Below the pieces are notes generated by a model. The model saw nothing but the letters and a program-made list of their open reading frames with translations, did no database searches and was not told where the DNA came from. DNA of 64,000 nucleotides from a virus (Duplodnaviria; Caudoviricetes). Both the position numbers and the translations under genes were made by a program. Positions 42,186 to 52,325 of the stretch are shown piece after piece. Location: the IMG/VR virus record IMGVR_UViG_3300029305_001467, positions 1-64,000 of that record; one strand, given 5' to 3'. Each line of letters opens with the position of its first letter. The stretch's first letter is position 1.

Positions 42186-43694
42186 TTAAAAATCTACTGG
42201 AACATTTGTGATACCAACTTCTTTCATAACATTTCTAGACATGTCATGAGAAAATACTACTTGGTATCTATTGGCAGAACCCTCTCGGTTCTTAATAATA
42301 AACGCAATCTGATAATGTACATCCTTATCTAGTTTAACTGGTATCTTTGTTTTACCATTCTTGCCTTCAAGCCTATATACTTTTAATTCTCTTTTCTCTC
42401 CCGTATATTCGTCATCATATAAATCACGGATCATAATGCAAGTAGAGGCTGGGTCAATAATGTTTTTAGACATACCAATATTATCTTGTGTGTAATATCT
42501 CTGCTTAACACTACCTTTTGCTAATTGGAACGTAATAAGAATATGTAAATTCTTCGATTCAGGCTTAATAACATCGTTGATTTCTACCATATTCTGTTGC
42601 ATTTCCAACCATGATTTATCACTTACATCACCTGCGTCCATCTTAAATGTGTCAAGAATAAAATATTTTACACCCATGCTTGCATATTTCTTAATTGTTT
42701 TAATCGCAGTCTTAGTCTTATATCTCTCAAACGGAATTACTGTTATCAAATGATTTTGTGTTTGTTCCACTATCCAATCAGCAGCTTTATATAATAGTGC
42801 TTTCGTATTATCTTGATAATGACCATCTCTCAAAATATGTTTCTGAACATCTTCTTTTATGATGTTATTTGCAACATAAATAATAAGTTCTCTTTGCCAC
42901 TTTTCAATTCCATCCTCATTGACCATAACTACAACTCGTTCTTTTTCTTTAATTGCAGTTGGAATAGTTGCGTTACGAGCAAAAGTTGATTTACCAACGT
43001 TGCTAAGTCCACCTACCAATGTAATAGAACCAAGATATTGACCACCGGTTTCTTTTGTTATGATATCCATATTGTTATATGGTAAACCTATAGCTAAACC
43101 CTCATTGAGTTTTTCAATTAAATCATAAATACCATGTGAAATATCGTAGCTCTTTACATCACAGTCCACATTAACAAAAATGTCGTTTATGAATGCTTCC
43201 CATTCATTGTAAATTTCTTCAGCAGTCATATCACAATAATCACTAAGTCTGTCTTTTACCGGACATCCACGCTTTGCAAGTTTTATTACACTATTCCATT
43301 TTCTAAGCTCTTGAATGTATCCATAAAGATTTTCAGTCTTAACATATGCACCAGCATTTATAATTGTATCGTAACCACCATATTCCTCATATTTATTTCT
43401 TAACTTTGAGTGTTTTTCAAGATATAGTCCAACGGTGATATCATCCAAAGACCCTTTCTTTTCAATCTTTACAATATCATTTGCTATCGTCCAATAAACT
43501 TTCCAAATGTTATTATTGAACTCATCTAAACTAAGATTTGTTTCAAATATAGCATCCGGATTCTTGTACAATATACTTACAATATTAGCTTCGCATCCTT
43601 CTTTGTACTCGTTGACCTTCTTAATAGCATCAATTAATTCTTCTTCGAAGGCTGTTAACTTTTTGCCTTTTGTAGTTTTTGTTGCTGTAGCTAT
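42186..43694 (-). CDS. DnaB-like replicative helicase (probable ATA start at 43694)
   Basis: GGLSNVGKST Walker A, ILDTFK, TFQL, IKNREG. Confidence 0.88.
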   Translation of the reverse strand: MATATKTTKGKKLTAFEEELIDAIKKVNEYKEGCEANIVSILYKNPDAIFETNLSLDEFNNNIWKVYWTIANDIVKIEKKGSLDDITVGLYLEKHSKLRNKYEEYGGYDTIINAGAYVKTENLYGYIQELRKWNSVIKLAKRGCPVKDRLSDYCDMTAEEIYNEWEAFINDIFVNVDCDVKSYDISHGIYDLIEKLNEGLAIGLPYNNMDIITKETGGQYLGSITLVGGLSNVGKSTFARNATIPTAIKEKERVVVMVNEDGIEKWQRELIIYVANNIIKEDVQKHILRDGHYQDNTKALLYKAADWIVEQTQNHLITVIPFERYKTKTAIKTIKKYASMGVKYFILDTFKMDAGDVSDKSWLEMQQNMVEINDVIKPESKNLHILITFQLAKGSVKQRYYTQDNIGMSKNIIDPASTCIMIRDLYDDEYTGEKRELKVYRLEGKNGKTKIPVKLDKDVHYQIAFIIKNREGSANRYQVVFSHDMSRNVMKEVGITNVPVDF

Positions 43695-43707
43695 AACATT
43701 CACCGCC

Positions 43708-44169
43708 TTACCACAATTCATTTAGTCGCTTGTTTTTTAATTCTTCTGTCTTCTTTTGATATGAACCGCCACTATGAGATAAATTACTTGTGTCCATAGA
43801 TTTAATATTCTCCTCAGTCTTTTTAGCTTTGTTTACTCTTGAATAAACATCATTAATATTGTTTTCAACTATCTTGCATATATAGTTAAACTTATAGGAT
43901 TCATTATCAAAAGTTCTGTTTGCCAAAGCACTCATAATTGATGGTTTGCAAATTTGGAAAGTATATAATATGATTTCATAGGAGTAATCGGCTTTATCCT
44001 CTATGCTCTTATTCTCTATATACTTCCCTTTCGTCAACCCTTTTAGTCTTAATACAAGACTAGAAGGAATTGACTGAGAATCATCATATAAGAGTATTTC
44101 TTTTTTTACATATTGATACAGTTTATCCCACTGCTCTTTTTCAATACTCGTCATTTTATTGCTTCTCAA
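43708..44169 (-). CDS. Hypothetical replication-module protein
   Basis: TTG start after GGAGG; between Sak4-like ATPase and helicase. Confidence 0.75.
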   Translation of the reverse strand: MRSNKMTSIEKEQWDKLYQYVKKEILLYDDSQSIPSSLVLRLKGLTKGKYIENKSIEDKADYSYEIILYTFQICKPSIMSALANRTFDNESYKFNYICKIVENNINDVYSRVNKAKKTEENIKSMDTSNLSHSGGSYQKKTEELKNKRLNELW

Positions 44170-44190
44170 TTCAATTCCTCCTTCGTTTTA

Positions 44191-45327
44191 TTAAATCAAT
44201 ACTAATACTTTCTTAGCATCCTCGATGTTATCAATCATAGTCGGATTATCATAGCCAAGTTCCTTTGCCTTCGCAATAATTGGCTTAATCTTATCCATAT
44301 CGGACTTGTTTGCCTTAATATAATCCGTAATCTTACTTACAACATCTTCAAGCTTCTTGGTTTCCTTTTTATCCTTTTCAGCCTTGGCAATTTCCTTTAA
44401 TCTCTCAGCTTCTTCAGCTTCTTGTTCCTTTTTAACATCTTCTACATCTCTATTACTCTTATCAAGTTCGTTCTTGATTGCATCTGTAATTGCCTTAATA
44501 AGAGCATCAGGTGTAAATTCAATCTCTGGAACAATATCTGCGAATCTACTTTTACTATCAATAGAGTAAGAATCATCTCTAAATGTAATCTTTCTGCTTT
44601 CCTTTGCAATTACACCCTTTGTAACATCTTTGCCCTTGTTGTCCTTCTTACCAGTCTTCTCTTGAACAATCTCTCTATCAATAGAAGCCACACCTAAGAA
44701 ATGAAGTTTGGTCTTAATTGCATTGAAATCTCTCATAGACATATTGGTTGTTAAAGAAGTCCACTTCTGTCCGGTAGAAACATCTTCTTGTTCACGTTGC
44801 TTAACATGACCAATAATAATAAAAGAAACTCCAACCTTCTTTAGACTCCAAAGCTTCTCAAGTACAATTTCGGTAGCCTTATCTTCACCTGCCATATACC
44901 CACCAAAAGCTGCCTTAATGGACTTAACTGGCTTCTCTGGGTTTTCTCTGTTATGCATTCTAATTACTTCTGGTTTTGCAATTTCAATCAACTGGTCATA
45001 TGTGTCAATAATTACCGTTCTTAATAATGGGTATTCCGTTGTCTTATTATCAATGATGTCGTCTACTAAATCTTCAAATCCGATAGAGTTTGAAAACTCA
45101 TCGTAATCAGCAGACCATTCTGGACAATTAATATAATTAATTCCATTGATTGCATCTGCACCATCTTCCTTGCCACATTCTAAAAACAAGTAACCATCAT
45201 TAGAACCAGTAAGCTTCTCACACATTTCTTTGATAATAGTTGTCTTGCCGATACCGCTTTCTCCAATTAATCCGATGTTATAAGCTAATGGATCAATTTT
45301 TACTACATTTTTCTTACCGTATGCCAT
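44191..45327 (-). CDS. AAA_24/Sak4-like ATPase
   Basis: GESGIGKTT, IIDT, IIGH, SKSR. Confidence 0.8.
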   Translation of the reverse strand: MAYGKKNVVKIDPLAYNIGLIGESGIGKTTIIKEMCEKLTGSNDGYLFLECGKEDGADAINGINYINCPEWSADYDEFSNSIGFEDLVDDIIDNKTTEYPLLRTVIIDTYDQLIEIAKPEVIRMHNRENPEKPVKSIKAAFGGYMAGEDKATEIVLEKLWSLKKVGVSFIIIGHVKQREQEDVSTGQKWTSLTTNMSMRDFNAIKTKLHFLGVASIDREIVQEKTGKKDNKGKDVTKGVIAKESRKITFRDDSYSIDSKSRFADIVPEIEFTPDALIKAITDAIKNELDKSNRDVEDVKKEQEAEEAERLKEIAKAEKDKKETKKLEDVVSKITDYIKANKSDMDKIKPIIAKAKELGYDNPTMIDNIEDAKKVLVLI

Positions 45328-46078
45328 TGTTATTTATCCTTTCTTCATACAATTTTTGTGAGTTGTTATAAGAATGCTCTTTATAATACTTCTCCTCTGC
45401 ATCTTTTCTTAATTTACATGCAACAGAAAAACTATCCGACCTTCCTAAATATGTGTATTTTTTGTTTATATTAATATTTGCTTCCCATATATTGTCTCTG
45501 CTATGGAATCTTACACCAGTAACTCCAGAGGTGCTATTTTTCTGAATAACTTTGTTTGTATTGTTTTCGCTTCTACTTACTTTCCTCAAGTTTAATTTCC
45601 GATTATCGAATTTATTTTCCGTTTTTATGTGGTCTATATCATATTCATTAAGAAAATCATCCATAACAAGTTTGTGTAAACCAATCTCTTTGCCATCAAT
45701 TTTTGCTACAAAATACTTATGATGTTTATACCAACAATAATCTTTAATTTTTTCGTAATCTTCTAAATCAAACCAAAATTCTTCGCCTTTTAAGGTATAT
45801 CCGATTCCGTATTTGTCTAATAAACAATACCTATTATTCTTTTTATTTTTACGAGACATTCTAGTAGAAGCCTCTTCTTTAACACAATAAGTACATCTCC
45901 ATAATTTCCCAGTTGTAAAATCAGATGTAGAACCAATTACATTATTGTGTCTACCGCAATCACAAGATGCTTTCCACATGTGTTTTTTGTTTCCGCCGGA
46001 AGTATAATGGTCATCGAGCATTTCTATAATTTTTAATTTACCAAATTCTTCTCCTAAAATATTTTTAAATTTAGGCAT
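45314..46078 (-). CDS. Free-standing HNH endonuclease with AP2-like domain
   Basis: DIDHI....DNRKLNLR; SGVTGV....W.A.I....YLG. Confidence 0.88.
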   Translation of the reverse strand: MPKFKNILGEEFGKLKIIEMLDDHYTSGGNKKHMWKASCDCGRHNNVIGSTSDFTTGKLWRCTYCVKEEASTRMSRKNKKNNRYCLLDKYGIGYTLKGEEFWFDLEDYEKIKDYCWYKHHKYFVAKIDGKEIGLHKLVMDDFLNEYDIDHIKTENKFDNRKLNLRKVSRSENNTNKVIQKNSTSGVTGVRFHSRDNIWEANININKKYTYLGRSDSFSVACKLRKDAEEKYYKEHSYNNSQKLYEERINNNGIR

Positions 46079-46090
46079 TGTTCTCCTTAG

Positions 46091-46114
46091 TGTAGCCCCA
46101 ATTAAGGGGCTACG
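46091..46114. other. GC-rich hairpin after ssb (possible terminator/attenuator)
   Basis: TGTAGCCCC-AATTAA-GGGGCTACG. Confidence 0.5.
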
Positions 46115-46124
46115 TTATAAAATT

Positions 46125-47309
46125 TTACAGATTGTTTAACCAATCATTATCATCTCCGGAAACTACTTCATCATCAGCATCTTCAACATCAGACTCTGTT
46201 TCCTCTTCTTCTACTTCGTCATCAGAAGCAAGCATAAAATCAAGAATCAAATCTTCTTCTTCGTACTTCTTTTCAACCTTCTGAATAGTAGGAGTTTTAT
46301 TACCTTCCTTATCCTCTACCATTTTAATGAGAGGCTTTCTAATTACCATTCTCTTTTCTCTTCCTGAACTTACCGTACACTTTGCAAGTGCTTCTTCTAA
46401 GGTAAATACTCCGATGGCAATAAGAGCTTTGATATCATCTGGGATATCATCTTCTGTCGCAGTAATTACTGATCCACCTTCAATCAAATCACCTTCAAAG
46501 GTAGCTTCAGTAACTCCCTTCTGTACCTTGAATACCTTTTCAACAACCTTCTTTACAATCTCAGGATTGGACAAATCAAGTTCATACTCAAAAGTCTTAT
46601 CATAAGGAATATTACACTTTACTTCCTTGCCCTTGTATTCCTTAACATAATCAAGAACCTTTGCATAAATCGGGAGGATACCAGTGTCTTTATCTGCCTT
46701 TCCTACGCTATCCTTAGTGAGAAGCATAGTCTGAGTAAATCTAGCTGCATACTTACTACTATCATCAACCTTAGAAAGAACGATGCTATTGATTTCCTTC
46801 TTAACTTGTACATTATCGTTATATGTAGAATACTTAAGATTACCCTTTACATTCACAACCATACCATCTTCAAGATTCTCATTAATATAAGCAATCATAT
46901 CGTATGGGGTAAGGAACTTCTTATAATAAACCTTATTATTCTTGTCCTTCTCAAGACCGACAGTTAAGAAACACAAATCACCAACAGTTTCAAGAATAGA
47001 ATCATCGAATCTATCATCCCAATCAATAGTGAACTTGTTATCGAAATCATCCTTTCCGTCTGCGTCCTTACCATGAACGTAAACAACATTATCTCTTTCC
47101 TCTCCATATCCACCCATAAGTTCTGCATAAACAGTTCCACAGGTTTCACCACAGAAAATTCCAAGATTCAAGCTGTTATAAACCCAATCGGAACTCGTAG
47201 ACTTCTCATTCAACTTATAGGTATAATCGTTAACCTTTGCTTCTCCAATAAGCTGAAAAGTGTTTGACCAATTCTTCTTTTCTAAAATCTTCTTTTCCTT
47301 CTTTGCCAT
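46125..47309 (-). CDS. Putative single-stranded DNA-binding protein
   Basis: OB-fold-like segments (F.LIG; V.VKGNL.YS.YN), very acidic tail ending DWLNNL, upstream of the Sak4-like gene. Confidence 0.65.
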   Translation of the reverse strand: MAKKEKKILEKKNWSNTFQLIGEAKVNDYTYKLNEKSTSSDWVYNSLNLGIFCGETCGTVYAELMGGYGEERDNVVYVHGKDADGKDDFDNKFTIDWDDRFDDSILETVGDLCFLTVGLEKDKNNKVYYKKFLTPYDMIAYINENLEDGMVVNVKGNLKYSTYNDNVQVKKEINSIVLSKVDDSSKYAARFTQTMLLTKDSVGKADKDTGILPIYAKVLDYVKEYKGKEVKCNIPYDKTFEYELDLSNPEIVKKVVEKVFKVQKGVTEATFEGDLIEGGSVITATEDDIPDDIKALIAIGVFTLEEALAKCTVSSGREKRMVIRKPLIKMVEDKEGNKTPTIQKVEKKYEEEDLILDFMLASDDEVEEEETESDVEDADDEVVSGDDNDWLNNL

Positions 47310-47358
47310 TTAAAAATAGCCTCCTTATATTTAAAATATTTTTGGTAACATATAATCA

Positions 47359-47457
47359 ACAGTTCTTTCGAACCGATAACATAGAGTAACTTTATGTACA
47401 AATCTATGTTTAATGGCGTTTTAGAGCGTAAAAGCTCAAGGGTGTGCCATGTCACCC
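47359..47457 (-). promoter_or_regulatory. Structured 5' leader of ssb with pseudoknot
   Basis: mRNA GGGUG-ACAUGGCA-CACCC; loop AUGGC pairs with downstream GCCAU; further hairpins GAGC/GCUC, AACAUAGA/UCUAUGUU, CGGUUC-GAAA-GAACUG. Confidence 0.55.
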
Positions 47458-47566
47458 AACAAATAAAACCCTATTCTTTTTAATCAACTGGAATTTAATT
47501 AAGCTATGTTTTATGTTTGTTTTAAGTATTACTTCTCTGTTTGATGGTTCGCCAAAACCATTTTGT

Positions 47567-48346
47567 TCAAACAGAATTTTGTTCTGCAATTTGGTTACTA
47601 TTGATGCAAGAAAATTCTCCAAAATATTGATTTTCTGCTCGCTCTCTAACTTTAATTGCTTCTTCTAAATCAGTAAAATAACCCAACCTGATTCGTTGAT
47701 AATTTTTATCTATGTACGTTTCCCATTTACTTATTGCTTTATTCCAACTGATTCCTTTGTGCCCACTAGAATAGTTATTGGAATTATCTTTGTTACAATT
47801 ATTCTGTTGAATGGTACTTATACGAAGATTAGATTTTCGATTATCTACTCGATTTCTATTAATGTGGTCAATACATTCTTCTCTATTTACTTTCATAATG
47901 TATCTATGTAGTGCATAAGCACTTTTGCCATTATGTGAAGTTACAATGTATCCGCTTGTTAGGTTTTCTCTCCAACAAAAGTCTTTAATTAATTCATAAT
48001 CTTCTTTATCAAACATGAACGGTTTGTTGGTATTGCTTGTATAACCTACGCCATATTCAAATGATTTCAAATCATATACATTATACTTCTTTGAATCAAA
48101 ACCATTTGTCTTGATTGTTTTCTTGCCAATATCGCTTGCTATTTCTTTTTTTAAACAACCACATGATTTAGTAAGTCCTCTTTTTAAACTGTTTCCAATA
48201 ACATCAATTTCTGTATGTTGGTCACACGAACACTTACAGTGCCATCTAACAAATTTCTGTCCAGATGGAGATGTGTAGTCGCTTGCACGATACATTACAG
48301 TTAATCTACCAAATGTTTTACCTGTTAAATCAATAAATCTACTTAT
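47567..48346 (-). CDS. Free-standing HNH endonuclease with AP2-like domain (probable ATA start)
   Basis: Extension gives (M)SRFIDLTGKTFGRLTV; W.C.C.C...SCGC; IDHINRNRVDNRKSNLR; RLGYF. Confidence 0.88.
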   Translation of the reverse strand: MSRFIDLTGKTFGRLTVMYRASDYTSPSGQKFVRWHCKCSCDQHTEIDVIGNSLKRGLTKSCGCLKKEIASDIGKKTIKTNGFDSKKYNVYDLKSFEYGVGYTSNTNKPFMFDKEDYELIKDFCWRENLTSGYIVTSHNGKSAYALHRYIMKVNREECIDHINRNRVDNRKSNLRISTIQQNNCNKDNSNNYSSGHKGISWNKAISKWETYIDKNYQRIRLGYFTDLEEAIKVRERAENQYFGEFSCINSNQIAEQNSV

Positions 48347-48353
48347 CTTTTAA

Positions 48354-48584
48354 TCACCTCTTTACCCATTCTTCAAAGGTCATACCTTCAATTATCATAA
48401 ATTCTGACCAGCTTCCTACATCCAATCTTAATCTACCTCTGTCATCTTCACAGACATTCATGTAGTAGCTTTTGAAATTATGATCTTCAAGAAACTTATT
48501 AATCTCCTTAATCGCTTCTTCTTTAGTCTGTGGTTCTGCAATAACTCTTTCTTCTCCACGACTGTTTTGGAATAATAGTCTCAT
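48354..48584 (-). CDS. Hypothetical protein
   Basis: Track ORF; DVGSWSEF motif. Confidence 0.7.
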   Translation of the reverse strand: MRLLFQNSRGEERVIAEPQTKEEAIKEINKFLEDHNFKSYYMNVCEDDRGRLRLDVGSWSEFMIIEGMTFEEWVKR

Positions 48585-48589
48585 AAATA

Positions 48590-48817
48590 TTACTTCTCCT
48601 TCTTCTTTTCAGAAAAGTCACAGCATGAATATCTATAACATCCATGTAATGAACAATCATTACTTATTTGACATCCCACATCATTATTTCTATCTTCCTT
48701 ATCTTTATCTTCGCAAAGTTTCTTATATGCTTTCATAAATCTTGTGTGCATATTTTTGTATGGTCTTTTGTCTAATTCTCTAAAGACCTCTTGCGCATAA
48801 TCTTCTGGAAAGCCCAT
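48590..48817 (-). CDS. Hypothetical protein
   Basis: ATG after GGAGGTG. Confidence 0.65.
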   Translation of the reverse strand: MGFPEDYAQEVFRELDKRPYKNMHTRFMKAYKKLCEDKDKEDRNNDVGCQISNDCSLHGCYRYSCCDFSEKKKEK

Positions 48818-48854
48818 ATTCACCTCCTAAAATGCCAATAAAATAAGAATTTAA

Positions 48855-49289
48855 TTACTTCAACAACATATAGATGCCAAGTGGATAATAAATGTAATCT
48901 AACACAATGTTAAATAAGAAAATCCATCTGTGGAACTGCTTATCGTTAATTTCTGCTTCCAATTCGAATACACTGTTAAATTCCTTGATTAATGTTCTCA
49001 TTGCAATTACACAAGTAAGAATCTGTAATGCAGACAAGATAATAAACAATGTCGTTCCGATGCTGCATCCTAATACTGCATAGAAAATAATCAAGAATAA
49101 TTCGAACAACAACGTCAGAAAAAATGCCAAACTCTTAACTAAATCTGTGATTTGTTCTTCCTTTTCTTTTAACTCTGACTTACTTTTTCTTATGTTCTTC
49201 AACCACAACTTCTTATTTAATTCTCTTGGTGTATTCTTAATTCTGTGCAATAATAGTAAGAATAAAATAGCTAATGCAATAATCTTCAT
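48855..49289 (-). CDS. Multi-pass membrane protein
   Basis: About four hydrophobic segments. Confidence 0.75.
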   Translation of the reverse strand: MKIIALAILFLLLLHRIKNTPRELNKKLWLKNIRKSKSELKEKEEQITDLVKSLAFFLTLLFELFLIIFYAVLGCSIGTTLFIILSALQILTCVIAMRTLIKEFNSVFELEAEINDKQFHRWIFLFNIVLDYIYYPLGIYMLLK

Positions 49290-49307
49290 GTATTACTTCT
49301 CCTTTAC

Positions 49308-49706
49308 CTAGTCAATAGTTTCTACATTAATCGGAATCCACATATTCGGATTGAAGTTCAGTGTGTACTTATACTTGGAAACCGCATTGTCCCCCAAATT
49401 TAAATCCTCTACTACGTAGGTCACATTATCACTAAGTCCAACAAAGTGCTTTACATAAGTACCATTATCTTCAACAATAATCTCAAGCTGGTTGTCTGCC
49501 ATATCCGCAGTAATCGACAACTTACCAGTCATCTGGAATAGCACATCGCCCTCGATGCAGTTAATAACTGTGAGCTGACGAACAATATTGAAATTATCTG
49601 CTTCTTGAGAAAGATTGTATGATACTCTAGCTGCCTCTGTCTGACAACCGGCAAGACCTACAACCATAAAGGCTGCTACTAACAATGTTGCTAACTTCTT
49701 CTTCAT
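49308..49706 (-). CDS. Lipoprotein
   Basis: MKKKLATLLVAAFMVVGLAG-C lipobox; SD AAAGGAG. Confidence 0.8.
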   Translation of the reverse strand: MKKKLATLLVAAFMVVGLAGCQTEAARVSYNLSQEADNFNIVRQLTVINCIEGDVLFQMTGKLSITADMADNQLEIIVEDNGTYVKHFVGLSDNVTYVVEDLNLGDNAVSKYKYTLNFNPNMWIPINVETID

Positions 49707-49749
49707 ATTATTCTCCTTTCTTTTCACCATGAAATCGTACTTCTATTAC

Positions 49750-50061
49750 TTATAAAAGTGTAGCCAATTTCTTCGCTAAGATTTCCTTTGCATTCTTTTC
49801 AATAGCTTCCTCAATGGTCTTCTCTGTTTTCTGCTTCACAAAATTATCTAAAGTTGTGCCGTTGATTTTTCTTGAATCATCCCAATAGCTACCATTAATT
49901 AAAGCGTCAACTCTTTTTTCTACAATTCTTACAATAGTATCATCTAAATGTTTTAATACAAGTTGTTCTGCATACTTGTCCATAGCAATCTTAACCTTTT
50001 CTTCTAACTCAGCATTTTCGATTGATACATTCAAAATCATCTTTGGTTCTGACTTCTTCAT
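49750..50061 (-). CDS. Hypothetical protein
   Basis: SD GGAGG. Confidence 0.7.
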   Translation of the reverse strand: MKKSEPKMILNVSIENAELEEKVKIAMDKYAEQLVLKHLDDTIVRIVEKRVDALINGSYWDDSRKINGTTLDNFVKQKTEKTIEEAIEKNAKEILAKKLATLL

Positions 50062-50084
50062 TTTATATCCTCCAATTTAACTTC

Positions 50085-50330
50085 TTACACATACCTTGAC
50101 TCAAAACCACCAGCGTACTTAATCTTATACGGTTCTGGCTCTTCATCTTGCCACGGCATCCACGCTAAGATCCCATCCCAATCAAAATAACCTAGTCCCT
50201 TACAATAATTAATCGACTGAACCCAAACTTCTCCCATTCCACCTCTTGTAACCCAAACTTCACCAGTTTTTTCCGGCATGATAGGAGCAACACCGCAATC
50301 TACCGGAATCCATACTCCACTCTGTACCAT
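50085..50330 (-). CDS. DUF551-like small protein
   Basis: WIPV...ILAWMPW...PEPYK. Confidence 0.6.
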   Translation of the reverse strand: MVQSGVWIPVDCGVAPIMPEKTGEVWVTRGGMGEVWVQSINYCKGLGYFDWDGILAWMPWQDEEPEPYKIKYAGGFESRYV

Positions 50331-50373
50331 CCGTTATCACCTCTTCTCACTTTAAAAGATAAATTCTATTGAC

Positions 50374-51426
50374 TCACTTCTTACTTCTCTCTTTTGACTT
50401 CATCATTTCATAAAACTTTACATATTCTCTCGTATAAGCATAGCTATCAGAGAAAATATTATTTACTGCAATATATAGCTTTGGTTCGTGTTCCTTAATT
50501 ACTGCTAATTCGAACTCAAAGTCTCTACCAAACGGGCAACCAGCACAACCAGTTCTAGTCAACCCATATTCGGTATAACACTTACTATGAGTAACAATAT
50601 AATTTTCTTCATAATCAACTTTGTCTTCGTTTACATACCAAAATAAAGGTCTATAATTATCACAAGTACCACCCTCGTCAAAGCAACTCTTATACGAAGT
50701 TCCTCTAATTCCACCTTCAGCTTTTCTTACTCCAAAGATATTTAAGTCATATCCTTCGTATTCAACCAACTTATGTAAGACATCTTTCTTTGCATATTTG
50801 CAACACTTTGATGATATTTTGAATTTAGGTGGACTATTAACCATGAATTCTTTCAAATATTTATTGTAATCAATATTGAATCGTATCGACTCATTGGCAT
50901 TACACCACCACATCAAAGCCCCCTTGCAACCAACCCAATCTTGCTTCTTTTCATTCCATTTACAATACTTTTTAAGCAACACATCTAATGGTTCATCTTC
51001 CCATTGAAACCCATGACGTTGCAATCTATCAATCATTTCGGATGCATTCTTTGATATGAATGGTTGTCCATAAGTGCGACAACTTGTAGGAATTGGAACT
51101 ATTGCTTTATATGGCTTAATTGTTATACCATACTTTTCTTCTAAAAACTTTAAATGGTCTTTAGTTGCTTGATATTCCAAACCAGTATCAAACCAAACAT
51201 ACTCAACTATATTTCTCTGATCACATTGCCAAACTATATCTATCATTACATCACTATCAGAGCCACCAGACACAGCACAAACAATCTTTTCGTACTTTGG
51301 ACTGTTTATCTTTGACCACGCTCTAACAATGTTGTCTCCAATGGTAGGATTTTTTGGACACCTTTCCAATAACTCATTAATGTCTTTTGGTTTAGTTAAA
51401 TTTATACTTTTATGGTGTAGTTGCAA
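50374..51426 (-). CDS. PAPS-reductase-family protein with Fe-S motifs
   Basis: SGGSDS PP-loop, FDTGLEY, KCC, GVRKAEG, RTGCAGCP. Confidence 0.88.
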   Translation of the reverse strand: MQLHHKSINLTKPKDINELLERCPKNPTIGDNIVRAWSKINSPKYEKIVCAVSGGSDSDVMIDIVWQCDQRNIVEYVWFDTGLEYQATKDHLKFLEEKYGITIKPYKAIVPIPTSCRTYGQPFISKNASEMIDRLQRHGFQWEDEPLDVLLKKYCKWNEKKQDWVGCKGALMWWCNANESIRFNIDYNKYLKEFMVNSPPKFKISSKCCKYAKKDVLHKLVEYEGYDLNIFGVRKAEGGIRGTSYKSCFDEGGTCDNYRPLFWYVNEDKVDYEENYIVTHSKCYTEYGLTRTGCAGCPFGRDFEFELAVIKEHEPKLYIAVNNIFSDSYAYTREYVKFYEMMKSKERSKK

Positions 51427-51554
51427 ATACCCTTAAAAGTAGCTACTTGAAGATTATTGGAAAGGAGTCAAGCAAGTAATTCTAGATAATTGACTGTATA
51501 CAGCCTTGCAAATAAAGTATTTTGCAAGATAAAGATAAAAGTATAATTTTCTTG

Positions 51555-51971
51555 TTAAACACCTATCTTAATAAAAGAACCATTGTGACCTCTTACCTTA
51601 CCTTGTCTCATCCGATATAAAATATCACTTAACATATTCTCCATCTGAGTAAAGTCACCACTAAACATGCTTCCAGTAGTTTTAATCTCATATTGAAACT
51701 CAAGTTCATCATCAGTAGGCACAACCGGTCTTCTCATATATGTAACAGTACCCTTTGGAACTTTAATTCCGGTATATTTATCACAATAATCAGTCTGTAA
51801 AACCTTTAGCCATTCTTGACAGTTTTTGTTATACTTACTCATTTTTACACCGTCTACAGTAAAATATCCGATGTAATCATAATCAATGTAAACGAACTTG
51901 TTCACCACAAGAAGAACACCATCAGTCACTCGATACAGATCCTGGTATTCAGTTTCTGCTAAAATTTCTAT
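51555..51971 (-). CDS. Hypothetical protein (probable ATA start)
   Basis: GGAGGTG-ATATCA-ATA. Confidence 0.7.
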   Translation of the reverse strand: MEILAETEYQDLYRVTDGVLLVVNKFVYIDYDYIGYFTVDGVKMSKYNKNCQEWLKVLQTDYCDKYTGIKVPKGTVTYMRRPVVPTDDELEFQYEIKTTGSMFSGDFTQMENMLSDILYRMRQGKVRGHNGSFIKIGV

Positions 51972-52093
51972 TGATATCACCTCCAATATCTCGATAAAAT
52001 TAGGCTTTCATTGCCATCATTAATCACTTATTACTTCTCTTTTTATTCTTGGAATTCCGTTTATGTTTGTGTGTGCAGCGTCGCCAAACGCTT

Positions 52094-52276
52094 TTACTTA
52101 ATTTTATTCATATATTCTTCCATAAACTTTAAACGAACAGCTTCATCAAAAACTTTTGAAAGAAAATCTATATATTCTTCCTTCGCTTCATTAATATCAT
52201 CCGTACTAATATGAATCTCAGTTTCTGGAAACTCTGTTATGATATTATACATCTCACCATCATAAGTAATTTTCAT
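52094..52276 (-). CDS. Hypothetical protein
   Basis: SD AAAGGA. Confidence 0.65.
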   Translation of the reverse strand: MKITYDGEMYNIITEFPETEIHISTDDINEAKEEYIDFLSKVFDEAVRLKFMEEYMNKIK

Positions 52277-52325
52277 ATTTGCGTCCTTTCAAATTTTCTT
52301 GATAAATCCGAAATTTTAACAGGAT

